Shown: positions 8,233 through 17,705 of the stretch, piece by piece
How the letters are laid out: the number at the start of each line of letters is the position of its first letter
Position numbering within the stretch: the first letter of the stretch is position 1
Source: a virus
Lineage: Duplodnaviria > Heunggongvirae > Uroviricota > Caudoviricetes
Length of the DNA stretch: 64,000 bases
Direction: 5' to 3' (one strand)
IMG/VR virus record: IMGVR_UViG_2778261035_000005
The notes under the pieces: generated by a model
Seen by the model: the letters and a program-made list of their open reading frames with translations, nothing else
Told to the model about the DNA's origin: nothing
Databases searched by the model: none
Made by a program: the position numbers and the translations under genes

Positions 8233-8883
8233 TTACGCTTTGAAAGCATCAGCTAAATAATTGTAGAAATCATTTTTAATGAAGCGATATTGCTGAGTAC
8301 CAGCTTTCGCGCTCCCAGCTCCTTTGACTTTTTCAACAAGTCCAAGACGTTCGCAAAGATTGATCAACTGGTTGGCTTGAGTATAGCCAGCGTCCAATTT
8401 AATTTCACACGCTTTTTTAGCTTCATTCATTAAATCGAAAACAGCGCCATTGGTGAACGTGTCGATCTCGTCGTTAATCATATCGATTAAAGCGAATACA
8501 CGAGATCCTGACATATCAGCGATGGAATAAACGCATTTACCAGATTTAATTGATTTAACCAGATAAACCAGTTTTTCCAGAGAATAACTATTAGTCATTG
8601 CATCACGGAAAAATACTTCTGGCGCTTGTTTGCTTGCTTTAATCGCATAGTAGAAAACAGAGCATAATTTTTCGTCTTCTACTGCGTTTACGACGTTGTT
8701 GATGAAGTAAGCAAGTTTAGTGGTCGCAGCTTGCATATTTGCTTTGTCTGCTTTAGTGTGCGTACCATTTTTATAATGTTCGTTATATGTTTGAGTTGCC
8801 AGATCTGCTTTTTCGCGCAGTTCATCGGATACAATAGATGCAGCTTCAATGATGGATTTTTTAGAAATGATAATGTTAGCCAT
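8233..8883 (-). CDS. hypothetical protein (216 aa)
   Basis: ORF with RBS aggaaa. Confidence 0.55.
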   Translation of the reverse strand: MANIIISKKSIIEAASIVSDELREKADLATQTYNEHYKNGTHTKADKANMQAATTKLAYFINNVVNAVEDEKLCSVFYYAIKASKQAPEVFFRDAMTNSYSLEKLVYLVKSIKSGKCVYSIADMSGSRVFALIDMINDEIDTFTNGAVFDLMNEAKKACEIKLDAGYTQANQLINLCERLGLVEKVKGAGSAKAGTQQYRFIKNDFYNYLADAFKA

Positions 8884-9166
8884 GATAATTTTTCCTTATG
8901 TAAATTTAAAATTTATTGTCGTTAGCGTCTTCGCTTTCGACGAGTTCAATTATCGATACGCGAAAAAAGATTGCAAGTGTTTTTTTTAAATTTTTTGCAG
9001 GGATGAAAGTCCTAGAAATAAAAGCGAGATCGTCGAAGGTGTTCCCTAAATAAATAATCGATTGCGGCTTTAGACCTTATATATATTTAGGTTATTTGAT
9101 TTGTAGATATAAAGAAGTGATGTGAAAAATAATAACCGGACTTAGCCGGTTATTAACCTTATAGAT

Positions 9167-9475
9167 TTATTGAACAGACTCTACAGCCTTACGATTGGTG
9201 TCAAATAGCGCATCAACGAACTGTGCCGATGACTCGCTAGATTCGCAATCCAACATTGCCCGTTCTTCATTTGCCACTTTCTTACACAGTTCCACATTCT
9301 CACCTATCGCTTTTCCTGCTTTTACGGCTGCCGAAAATTGATACATGCAAACTGATACATTCTGAGACGTTGAGCACACGTCATTCATCAGCGACTGAAT
9401 GACAGGCTTATAGTCCATTGCATTTGCCGCAACTGAGCAAAGTAAAAATAATGGTGGTAACAATATCGATTTCAT
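9167..9475 (-). CDS. secreted Cys-rich small protein (102 aa)
   Basis: N-terminal signal peptide MKSILLPPLFLLCSVAANA; 6 Cys in mature part. Confidence 0.55.
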   Translation of the reverse strand: MKSILLPPLFLLCSVAANAMDYKPVIQSLMNDVCSTSQNVSVCMYQFSAAVKAGKAIGENVELCKKVANEERAMLDCESSESSAQFVDALFDTNRKAVESVQ

Positions 9476-9478
9476 AAC

Positions 9479-10003
9479 TCAAAAAGGCAAAATTCGTTCA
9501 ACCCAATCGAACAAAACAACTATTTTTCTACCGTTCTCGACACGTAGTGTAACCTGACAAGCATCTGCGCCTGCTGACACCCCCTCAATTTCACGGCCAT
9601 CCGCCATGTACACCCTTATAGATTTGTTTGCTTTGTAGGCTTGGTTGCAAATTGCAAAAAAATCGCGGCGTGATGGCCGATTATCGACATAATCAGGGTG
9701 AACTGTTAGTCGACCTTTGAAATCGTGAGCGATACTGTCAACCACACCTGATTCAATTGTACTAATGCGTTCAAGTGGGAGCCTTATACGATTTTCTTTG
9801 TCAAAAGGGGCTGGGCAAAGGTCAACTTTGTTACGAGATGGCATGAGGCCATAAACGTACATGCAAAACGCCTGGCCATCTTCGAGAGTGACCCTTACAG
9901 GAATTTGTTCTCTGCGCCAGAACATCAGTAGTTTTTCAACGTTAGTGTAATCTCGCGGCCAGAGTTCAGCTTGGATACCGTAGGTAATATCTTTGGTTGT
10001 CAT
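9479..10003 (-). CDS. hypothetical protein
   Basis: ORF; start trimmed to ATG 10003 to avoid overlap with upstream lipoprotein gene. Confidence 0.45.
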   Translation of the reverse strand: MTTKDITYGIQAELWPRDYTNVEKLLMFWRREQIPVRVTLEDGQAFCMYVYGLMPSRNKVDLCPAPFDKENRIRLPLERISTIESGVVDSIAHDFKGRLTVHPDYVDNRPSRRDFFAICNQAYKANKSIRVYMADGREIEGVSAGADACQVTLRVENGRKIVVLFDWVERILPF

Positions 10004-10007
10004 GTCA

Positions 10008-10430
10008 TCACAGAGTTGTTGGCAGAATGTCGATGTCACCAGAATTGCTGGTGAACACCCTGAACGCTTTTGTGTCTCCATTCTTCAGAGTCGTTTCTCG
10101 CTCTTGACGAGCGGGGTTTAGAGCACATAAACCTGCACCTTCAAGAGATGCACCCACAATTAATTCTCCGGCATTTAAATGGAAAGTCGCTTTTTCGCCT
10201 GTAGCCAGTTTTGCGACAGTTTCGCCGTTGATGAAAATGGAAGCATCACATCCAGCTCCTACAAAACCTGTGTCTCTCATTACCACCAACGTAGCTGGCG
10301 CTGCGCTTTGATACTTGAACACTTTGGCCTGCGGTGCTGGTTTGGCGTCATGGATTGATATTGGGCGTGATTGGCACGCGGTAAGCATCAACACTGGTAA
10401 CGTTAGTAGAGGGAGAAGCGAGTATTTCAT
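10008..10430 (-). CDS. lipoprotein (141 aa)
   Basis: Signal peptide with lipobox LTAC (MKYSLLPLLTLPVLMLTAC). Confidence 0.6.
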   Translation of the reverse strand: MKYSLLPLLTLPVLMLTACQSRPISIHDAKPAPQAKVFKYQSAAPATLVVMRDTGFVGAGCDASIFINGETVAKLATGEKATFHLNAGELIVGASLEGAGLCALNPARQERETTLKNGDTKAFRVFTSNSGDIDILPTTL

Positions 10431-10498
10431 GATAGTTTTAGAACAGAAAGTGAACAGTATGGGAGACTTCATCTTTGTCTCCCTAATTGATAGCGTGA

Positions 10499-10777
10499 TT
10501 ATTTTAATCTGCTTAATAGCGTTTCGAGATCTTCCTTTGTCATATTAGAGTTCTCATAGATACGCATGATTTTCTCACGAGTCTTAGCGGAAGCCCCGAC
10601 AGAAGATATAACCTTGTCAAAGTCGGCCATTGTCAATTGTTCCAGAATGGTATTTATGACTTCAGCCTTAGACATTTTGATATTTTTTTCTTTTAGTTTC
10701 ACTTGAAACTTTCCAAGTTTGTCATTGGCCTTATCAGACAATGCTACCTGACAGTAAGTTGTTTTCTTTTCACTCAT
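10499..10777 (-). CDS. hypothetical protein (92 aa)
   Basis: ORF directly downstream of helicase gene, 2-nt gap. Confidence 0.5.
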   Translation of the reverse strand: MSEKKTTYCQVALSDKANDKLGKFQVKLKEKNIKMSKAEVINTILEQLTMADFDKVISSVGASAKTREKIMRIYENSNMTKEDLETLLSRLK

Positions 10778-10779
10778 AA

Positions 10780-12339
10780 CTAATCTCGTTTCAGAACTCC
10801 AAAATCGAATGCTCCATCAATAGGCAATACACCTTCTGCAAAGCCAGGTGTGGTGTCGATGATGTGTTTTCGCTCATAAGAGTGAGACAACAGGTATTTG
10901 TTGCTAATGTCAATGAAATCAGTGATAAAACACACGTTTGCCTGATTTTTTTTGGCTCGTAAGCCACGACCGACACGCTGTCTCATTTCAACTTCTGCTT
11001 TCCCACCACCAGCAAGAATGACCGCACCAACGCTTGGCACATCAACACCAACATCCAGAATAGTCGAGCCTATTAAAACATCTATTTCACCAGACGCTAA
11101 ACTATTCAGCTTTGCTTGCCTTGTCGTCTGGTTAGATTCCCCATAGATGAAATCAACTTTAAGACCTGACTCCTTCATCATCTCCATCAGGATTTGCCCG
11201 TGGCGTTTAAGACGAACCAGAGTCATGCAGTTGAGTGAATGTTGCTTATAAAGCAATGCCTCGCGCACAATGGCCTCGTTACGTCCCAAATTATACACGA
11301 TCCCCAACTGATAAGCCTTTTGGTAGGCGGTGCTCATACCAACTCTAAAATTGAGGTGTTTGTTGGCAAGTTCGGCCTTGATTCTGGCCTCGTCTGGCTT
11401 GTAGGCAACTTTATGATAAAGGAAGTACGGCTTTGCCAGAATGCCTCGATCAATCAGGTACTTTTCTGTGACTTTAATTTCAATTCGCCCGGCCACCGCC
11501 ATCAGGCGCATGTTGGCTTCCGTCGAATCCTTCATGAACGGCGTGGCTGTAAGCGCCAGACGATAGTCTGCGTTCACACATAATCTGGCGATGTCATAGA
11601 AATTTGAGCCTGAAGACTCATGCGCCTCTTCCAGAATAAGAAGAGAGACACTTGAAAGGAAGCGTTTCACCAACTCCCGACGTTTGAGGTGGTAGCTTTT
11701 CTTATCTGGTGTTGCATCGCGTGGTGGTTCTTCGAGGAAACTTGCAAGAGTTTGAACTGTAGCGACGTTGATATGTCGTGATACCTGGAACTCACCCGAG
11801 CCAATGACTCCAACCTTTTGGTCTTTTAACCACGGTTCGCCATTTTCGGCGCGGTAGTCGATGGATCTCTGGAAGTTTTCGGCCATTTGAAACATCAGAA
11901 CAGAGCGGGTTGTTAAAAATAATGTCATTCGACCGATACGTGCAGCTGCTTTGCAGGCAACGTTAGATTTCCCGCCACCAGTAGCGATCTGCGCAATCAT
12001 CATTCCCTCTCGAACCAGTGTTTCCACAGTCTGATCCTGATACGCATAATCAGGATTGTATGGGAATGGGTTAACCGCAGGATTTGGTTTACCAAGCGCC
12101 GGGGCTTTGTCTTTGCGGATATGAACACATTTGATGCCCGCCTTGTTCAAGTTCGCCGCTACAGGCTTGGCAAAGCCAGCAGGGAACGAGTTTCTACTCC
12201 AGTTGAACATCGTGCTTGTGCCCTTCCAGTCGCCAGTCTCGACTTCGTAGCTCAACATCTGTTGCACCATTTGCTTTACCTTGTCATCTGCGCCAGAAAT
12301 AAGCGCATTAACTGCGTTAGATACAATCCGAACAGTCAT
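10780..12339 (-). CDS. superfamily 2 DEAD/DEAH-type helicase
   Basis: Walker A ATGGGKS, DEAH-like LILEEAHE, motif III LTATP, motif VI QRVGRGLR. Confidence 0.8.
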   Translation of the reverse strand: MTVRIVSNAVNALISGADDKVKQMVQQMLSYEVETGDWKGTSTMFNWSRNSFPAGFAKPVAANLNKAGIKCVHIRKDKAPALGKPNPAVNPFPYNPDYAYQDQTVETLVREGMMIAQIATGGGKSNVACKAAARIGRMTLFLTTRSVLMFQMAENFQRSIDYRAENGEPWLKDQKVGVIGSGEFQVSRHINVATVQTLASFLEEPPRDATPDKKSYHLKRRELVKRFLSSVSLLILEEAHESSGSNFYDIARLCVNADYRLALTATPFMKDSTEANMRLMAVAGRIEIKVTEKYLIDRGILAKPYFLYHKVAYKPDEARIKAELANKHLNFRVGMSTAYQKAYQLGIVYNLGRNEAIVREALLYKQHSLNCMTLVRLKRHGQILMEMMKESGLKVDFIYGESNQTTRQAKLNSLASGEIDVLIGSTILDVGVDVPSVGAVILAGGGKAEVEMRQRVGRGLRAKKNQANVCFITDFIDISNKYLLSHSYERKHIIDTTPGFAEGVLPIDGAFDFGVLKRD

Positions 12340-12382
12340 AAACCTCTTTCCTTAGTGCCTTTTGTATGTTATTTGGCTATTA

Positions 12383-12404
12383 TAATAAGTAAGTGATTAC
12401 CTAG
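12383..12404. promoter_or_regulatory. TAAGTA-family motif in divergent promoter region
   Basis: taataagtaagtgattacctag between helicase (-) and ParB-like (+) genes. Confidence 0.4.
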
Positions 12405-13102
12405 TGGATTGTAGCAATAAAATGGATGTAAAAATCACGATTTTGCAGGTTGATGTTGCCAACCTTCGCCCGAATACCTGGAACACCAATTCGGTTGGTG
12501 CGCAGAATTTTGAAAAACTGAAAGGTTCTATCGAAAAATTGGGCTTTTTTAAGCCAATTTTGGCTCGTGAACTTGAAGATGGATTTTTTGAAATCCTCGG
12601 CGGCGAACATCGCTGGCGTGCTGCTATTGAGCAAGGAATTTCAACGGTTCCGGTGCTTTCTGTGGGCAAAATTAGCGATGTCGTAGCTAAACAGATGTCA
12701 CTGGTGGACAACGAGCGATACGGTGAAGACGACCAAATCGCATTGCAACGCTTCATTGAAGAAATTCAGTCAGAACTTGACTATCAACTGTCTGAAATCG
12801 CCCCGTATGACGACGAAATCTCGATGGTTTTAGCAAAAGAGGCGGCAATCGACCTTGAAGCACTGGAGGCGTTGTCTCGTGGTAGTGATGAGCCTGTCGA
12901 TACCGACAAACGAGAGAAAACCGAACGTGTGGGTGCGGAACATCAGACCATGCGCTTCAAAGTAACTTTCGATGCGTCAGATCGTGTTGCAGAAACCATA
13001 AAAAACATCATCAAAGAGCAGGCTATTAACACCGGTAATGAAATGGAGAACGCTGGTGAGGCTCTGGTGTGGCTGGTCGACTACTACAAGGAGCGTATGT
13101 AA
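12404..13102 (+). CDS. ParB/Srx-like nuclease-domain protein
   Basis: ParB N-terminal domain signature ...FEILGGEHRWRAA...; GTG 12404 or ATG 12422. Confidence 0.7.
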   Translation: MDCSNKMDVKITILQVDVANLRPNTWNTNSVGAQNFEKLKGSIEKLGFFKPILARELEDGFFEILGGEHRWRAAIEQGISTVPVLSVGKISDVVAKQMSLVDNERYGEDDQIALQRFIEEIQSELDYQLSEIAPYDDEISMVLAKEAAIDLEALEALSRGSDEPVDTDKREKTERVGAEHQTMRFKVTFDASDRVAETIKNIIKEQAINTGNEMENAGEALVWLVDYYKERM

Positions 13103-13770
13103 TGACCAAAAAGTTTGAAATCGTATATCGCGACCCGGCAGATCTTATTCCCTATGAGATGAATGCCAAAAAGCATGATGAACAGCAGATCCGAGATCTA
13201 GCCGCAGCCATTAAAAAGCGCGGATTTGACCAGCCAATTACGGTCGATAAGAACGACGTAATTATTACTGGCCACGGCCGCCGTGAGGCTGCAATTTTTG
13301 CTGGACTTGAGCGCGTACCGGTTATTGTTCGCGATGATCTCAGTGATGACGAGGTTCGTGCGAAGCGCCTTGAAGATAACCGACTTGCCAGCATTGATTA
13401 CGATGCAATTAAGCTACAGAAAGAGCTTGAGTCGCTTGTTCTGGACGATATCGAGGTTTTCGGCTTTGAAGAGCGTGAGTTGAATGTTCTCGTTGGCAGC
13501 ATGACAGAAGAAATGGACACCGACTCGCTAGTTATCGATCTTGGCGAAGAAACTAAACGACAGAAGGATGAACACACCGAGATCAGTCGTGAAGTTGCAG
13601 CGGAAGAAGTACGTGTTGTCGACGTATTGGGCTTTAAAACGCTTCCTGCTGGCTCTGCCATTGTTGTTGGTGATTTGCTTGCCCACATGGAAGAAATGAC
13701 GGGAGAAAGCGGGGTAGACGCATTTGTGGCATATGCGGAGAAGATCTCTTCCGGGGAGATGGCTGCATGA
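13102..13770 (+). CDS. second ParB/Srx-like domain protein
   Basis: ...VIITGHGRREAAIFAG... ParB-like motif; start overlaps previous stop (taATGa). Confidence 0.7.
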   Translation: MTKKFEIVYRDPADLIPYEMNAKKHDEQQIRDLAAAIKKRGFDQPITVDKNDVIITGHGRREAAIFAGLERVPVIVRDDLSDDEVRAKRLEDNRLASIDYDAIKLQKELESLVLDDIEVFGFEERELNVLVGSMTEEMDTDSLVIDLGEETKRQKDEHTEISREVAAEEVRVVDVLGFKTLPAGSAIVVGDLLAHMEEMTGESGVDAFVAYAEKISSGEMAA

Positions 13771-14432
13771 GCAAATACATCATCAACGTATCGTTTCAGA
13801 CACGCGTAAATAAAACCACGCGCACGTTGGAAATCGCTGAGTCGTTCGGGCTTGGCCTGGACGAAAAAGAGTGGACGCTTTACGACAATCTGGAGCTGGA
13901 AGTGAAGCAGGGCGATGTGGTGTACATCACCGGCCAATCCGGTTCCGGCAAATCCGTTGTGCTGCGCGAGTTGCAACGACAGATGAAGGATGAAGGGCTG
14001 TCTGTAGCCTCCATCGATGATTTTACCTTCGATAATGAGGTTAACGTCATCGATCAGTTGGGCAAAACGACCAGCGATGCGCTTGGGTTGTTATCTATGG
14101 CTGGTCTGAACGATGCATATCTGTTTGTTCGCAAGCCTTCTGAAATGTCAGACGGTCAGAAATATCGTCTCAAGATTGCCAAACTGATTGAGTCAGGCGC
14201 TAAAGTGTGGGCTGCTGACGAGTTCGGCGCTGTTCTCGACCGTGTAACCGCTCAGGTTGTGGCGTCTAACCTCCAGCGTGCCGCTCGAAAGGTTGGTGCG
14301 ACGGTAATGGTGGCGACGACTCACGAAGACCTGAAGAACGCGCTGCGCCCGGATATGCAGATCACCAAGCACTACAAAGAACGCGTGAAGGTGGAATATC
14401 ACAATGGTAGTCATGATGAGGTCCATTCATGA
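13767..14432 (+). CDS. ABC-type P-loop ATPase
   Basis: Walker A GQSGSGKS, ABC-signature-like MSDGQKYR, Walker B VWAADEF, H-loop ATTHE; overlaps neighbours by 4 nt. Confidence 0.7.
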   Translation: MSKYIINVSFQTRVNKTTRTLEIAESFGLGLDEKEWTLYDNLELEVKQGDVVYITGQSGSGKSVVLRELQRQMKDEGLSVASIDDFTFDNEVNVIDQLGKTTSDALGLLSMAGLNDAYLFVRKPSEMSDGQKYRLKIAKLIESGAKVWAADEFGAVLDRVTAQVVASNLQRAARKVGATVMVATTHEDLKNALRPDMQITKHYKERVKVEYHNGSHDEVHS

Positions 14433-15319
14433 CGGACATCATCATTAAACGCTACCGCCCTGAAGAGTTTCCGCGTCATCTGGACTTTCTGGAGCGAATG
14501 ACTGTTACAAAGGGAACTGTAGAGGACTGGCACGCTCTTAAGTCGCTTCACTACAAAACAGACGGCAAACCTTTCGCGCCAACTTACTATCGCTGCGAAC
14601 TTGATGACCGTCTGGTGGGCGTCGTGGTTATGGCTTACCCGAAACTACTGTTGGCACCTCGCCACCGCATGTTTCCTAAGTTGAAACCAACCACTAATAC
14701 CACCGTGGCTAACCAGTACTGGGGTCGGTACGTGAATAACAACTTTGCGGTGATCAGTCGCTCAGTTGTGGATACTCAGTATCGTGGCGTAGGCGTCTCT
14801 TATCGAATGATTAACCTGGTTAGCAGGATGCATGACCGGCCAATCATTGAGATCCAGTCCTCGATGAGCAAATACAATCCCTTCGCCATGAAAGCAGGGT
14901 TTAAGTTCATCCGCCCTGAGCGACCGAAGAGCTATGAAAGTGCACTGCGTGTATTCCAGCGCCATTTCCGTTCCGACCCGGGTGATAACGAGGCGATCGT
15001 CAAAGAGTTGTTCGCAATGAGCGAGTCTCGTCGTCGCCGTGCACTGCGTGATCTGGTGGCGGACTACCACAAGAACAGTTCCCTGGCAAAAGCTGGGCGG
15101 AATCGTGGCACGACGATTCAGGACATTGCCGACAGTCTGGTGGACGAGGCCAGCATTGTGAAGCTGCTCAAGGACATTCACAACCTGAGCTTTACGTCTC
15201 CGTTGTATGGTGTGTACCGAAACCCTGACTTTGGCCGTCGACTGCCTGACACGCTGCCACTGCTGGCATTCGACAAACAACCTTTGGATAAACCGTTAGA
15301 AATTGCTTTACCGGCATAA
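14429..15319 (+). CDS. GNAT-fold-like protein (296 aa)
   Basis: Acetyl-CoA-binding-like motif VVDTQYRGVGVSYRMINLV; weak assignment. Confidence 0.45.
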   Translation: MTDIIIKRYRPEEFPRHLDFLERMTVTKGTVEDWHALKSLHYKTDGKPFAPTYYRCELDDRLVGVVVMAYPKLLLAPRHRMFPKLKPTTNTTVANQYWGRYVNNNFAVISRSVVDTQYRGVGVSYRMINLVSRMHDRPIIEIQSSMSKYNPFAMKAGFKFIRPERPKSYESALRVFQRHFRSDPGDNEAIVKELFAMSESRRRRALRDLVADYHKNSSLAKAGRNRGTTIQDIADSLVDEASIVKLLKDIHNLSFTSPLYGVYRNPDFGRRLPDTLPLLAFDKQPLDKPLEIALPA

Positions 15320-15328
15320 GGATTTGCC

Positions 15329-15595
15329 ATGACGTTAACCGATAAACAAAAGGACATCATCAAAACGCTCAATCTCGGTTATGAGCGAGGTCATCTACTT
15401 GACCTGGACGAATTGCTTGAAGTTTTGCCGTACAAGACAACCAAGCAAAGTATCCAGTTCTCAATTCGCGCTCTGATAAAAAAGGGGCTGGTGGAGAAAG
15501 GGCATACGCGCCAACGCAGTGACAATCGCTATCACCGCCGGACTCTTGGGTTAACCACTTTAGGTCGAGCCAAAGCGAAGTTACTGGTGATGTAA
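15329..15595 (+). CDS. small basic protein, possible winged-helix DNA binder
   Basis: 88-aa ORF; helix-rich basic segment SIRALIKKGLVEKG. Confidence 0.4.
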   Translation: MTLTDKQKDIIKTLNLGYERGHLLDLDELLEVLPYKTTKQSIQFSIRALIKKGLVEKGHTRQRSDNRYHRRTLGLTTLGRAKAKLLVM

Positions 15596-15626
15596 TCGGT
15601 CTGGGAGCTTATTTAAAGACCTGCAT

Positions 15627-15675
15627 CTGTATATATAAATAATAAGTAACTTATTAAATATATACGGAAGCAGGC
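15627..15675. repeat. ~50-bp AT-rich palindromic element, copy 1
   Basis: ctgtatatataaataataagtaacttattaaatatatacggaagcagg; near-identical copy at 47203-47252. Confidence 0.75.
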
Positions 15676-15710
15676 TTCGTAAGACATGCCAGACCTAATT
15701 AAACACCCCA

Positions 15711-15750
15711 GAAAACAAGTTGGTTAGCAGATGCAGTAAACAAGTTGTTT
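15711..15750 (+). promoter_or_regulatory. operator palindrome plus half-site (GAAAACAAGTTGG ... AAACAAGTTGTTT)
   Basis: Same motif family as left-arm cassettes. Confidence 0.5.
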
Positions 15751-15751
15751 T

Positions 15752-15780
15752 AGAGCGCATGGACGCGCTCTGTGTGTTTT
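15752..15780 (+). terminator. terminator-like hairpin in leader of packaging operon
   Basis: agagcgc-atggac-gcgctct followed by gtgtgtttt, 12 nt before TerS start. Confidence 0.45.
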
Positions 15781-15790
15781 AGAGGGATCT

Positions 15791-16423
15791 ATGACGGTCG
15801 AAAAAGACGAGGTAAAAACTCGCCTGACACCAGCGGAGTGGGCCGAAGCTGAAGCCAAATGGACGTCAGGCGAATATACACTCTCAAAGCTGGAGGAAGA
15901 GTACGGCATTCGTCGTGAAACACTCTCCAGACATTTCAAAAAGCGAGGATTAGAGAAAGGCGCGGACTCTGTTGGGAAGATGGTTCGTGAGTCTCTTAAA
16001 TCTGACGCAGAGCTTCGCGCTAAAGCCCGTGCGGAAAAGATAGAAGAACGTCGTACACGTTATGACGGCTGGGCGTATGCGTTGGGGCAGATGGTGATGG
16101 TCGAAGTCACTACGGCCAAACGTGAGGGTAAGCCTTTAGGGGCGATTGAGGATTCTCTCAAGAGCTTACAGAGAGCCAGTAATACCCTTGCAAAATGCTT
16201 TGAAGTTTCGTCCAAAGCATTGGGCATGGATCATGCGGAAAATGACGAGGAAGAAATTCCGAACCTGGTATTTGGTGAGCTTACGCCTTCCCAGGTGGCG
16301 AAATTACGTCAGGAAGACGACGAGCCTGAAATCATCGATGACGAATTGCTTGAGACGTTGGAAGAAGAAGCTCTAAGCGAATTTGATGCGACAGATGATG
16401 GAAGTGAAGGGGAGGACGAATAA
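15791..16423 (+). CDS. terminase small subunit candidate
   Basis: Position immediately 5' of TerL with ATGA overlap; HTH-like N-terminus, acidic C-terminus. Confidence 0.5.
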   Translation: MTVEKDEVKTRLTPAEWAEAEAKWTSGEYTLSKLEEEYGIRRETLSRHFKKRGLEKGADSVGKMVRESLKSDAELRAKARAEKIEERRTRYDGWAYALGQMVMVEVTTAKREGKPLGAIEDSLKSLQRASNTLAKCFEVSSKALGMDHAENDEEEIPNLVFGELTPSQVAKLRQEDDEPEIIDDELLETLEEEALSEFDATDDGSEGEDE

Positions 16424-17679
16424 TGGCAATCCCGTCCTCGCTCAGTCTTGTGCAACTGCATTCTGGACAGATGAAAGTCTTCCAGTCTCCGCATCGATTT
16501 AAAGTTGTTTGTGCTGGTCGACGCTGGGGAAAATCCCGGTTGTCGATCTCCACTATTATTCGTGCGGCGGCAAAGGAAAAAAAGCAAAGGGTCTGGTATG
16601 TCGCTCCTACATACCAGATGGCTCGCCAGATTTTGTGGGACGATCTACAGGAAGTTCTGCCTCGTAAGTGGGTTAGGAAAAAGAACGACACCACGATGAC
16701 AATCGTGTTGAAGAACGGTTCGGAGATCGCCCTCAAAGGTGCTGATAAGCCTGACACTCTGCGCGGCGTAGCGTTGCATTTTGTAGTGCTTGATGAATTT
16801 CAGGATATGAAGGCTGACACCTGGTACAAGGTGTTACGACCTACTCTTTCATCGACACGCGGCGGTGCACTGATCATTGGTACGCCAAAAGGCTTCTCGG
16901 AATTTCACAAACTGTGGACTATAGGCCAGAACGTAGAGCTGCAAAGAAAGGGACAGTGGAAGAGCTGGCAGTTTGTAACTGCCGATTCTCCGTTTGTACC
17001 TACGGCGGAAATTGAAGCTGCTAAGAACGATATGGACCCGAAATCGTTCGCTCAGGAGTACCTGGCGAGCTTTGAGAACATGTCCGGGCGCGTTTACTAC
17101 CCGTTCGATCGTAACGTGCATGTAAAACCGCTTCAGTTCAACCCTCGGTTGCCTATATGGGTAGGGCAGGACTTCAACATTGACCCGATGTCTTCAGTAA
17201 TTTTGCAACCTCAGCCAAATGGTGAGCTATGGGCAATTGATGAATTGGTGCTCTTTTCCTCTAACACGGCAGAGGTTTGTGATGAGCTTGAGAGACGCTT
17301 CTGGCGCTGGAAATCACAGATAACGGTATTTCCAGATCCGGCAGGTGCTTATCGCCAACATGCTCGCGGGGAGTCTGACGTCGACATATTCAAAGAGAAG
17401 GGATTCTTACGTGTCGATTATTCGAAAAAGCACCCGCCAATTGCGGATCGTGTTAATGCTGTTAACCGAATGCTGATGACCGCATCTGGAGATATCCGGC
17501 TGTATATCGATCCGAAGTGCAAGCATTTGATTGATTCACTGGAAAAAGTCATCTACAAGCCTGGAACACGAGATATGGATAAGACAGGTGGCATTGAGCA
17601 TAGTGCAGACGCATTGGGCTATCCAGTACATCGTAGGTATCCAGTCAAAAACCGTGTTATTCTTGGTGGTTCTCGATAG
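16423..17679 (+). CDS. terminase large subunit
   Basis: Walker A CAGRRWGKS, Walker B HFVVLDEF, C-terminal nuclease-like region. Confidence 0.85.
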   Translation: MAIPSSLSLVQLHSGQMKVFQSPHRFKVVCAGRRWGKSRLSISTIIRAAAKEKKQRVWYVAPTYQMARQILWDDLQEVLPRKWVRKKNDTTMTIVLKNGSEIALKGADKPDTLRGVALHFVVLDEFQDMKADTWYKVLRPTLSSTRGGALIIGTPKGFSEFHKLWTIGQNVELQRKGQWKSWQFVTADSPFVPTAEIEAAKNDMDPKSFAQEYLASFENMSGRVYYPFDRNVHVKPLQFNPRLPIWVGQDFNIDPMSSVILQPQPNGELWAIDELVLFSSNTAEVCDELERRFWRWKSQITVFPDPAGAYRQHARGESDVDIFKEKGFLRVDYSKKHPPIADRVNAVNRMLMTASGDIRLYIDPKCKHLIDSLEKVIYKPGTRDMDKTGGIEHSADALGYPVHRRYPVKNRVILGGSR

Positions 17680-17705
17680 GTAAGTAATTATCTAAGGTTA
17701 TTCAA

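Noticed and set aside
14762-15372. Antisense ORFs 14762-15280 and 15178-15372
   Set aside because: They are fully embedded in the tightly coupled + strand cassette and lack start signals.
16146-16757. Overlapping ORFs 16146-16376 (+) and 16309-16757 (-) around the TerS/TerL junction
   Set aside because: They overlap well-supported terminase genes in other frames; no independent evidence.
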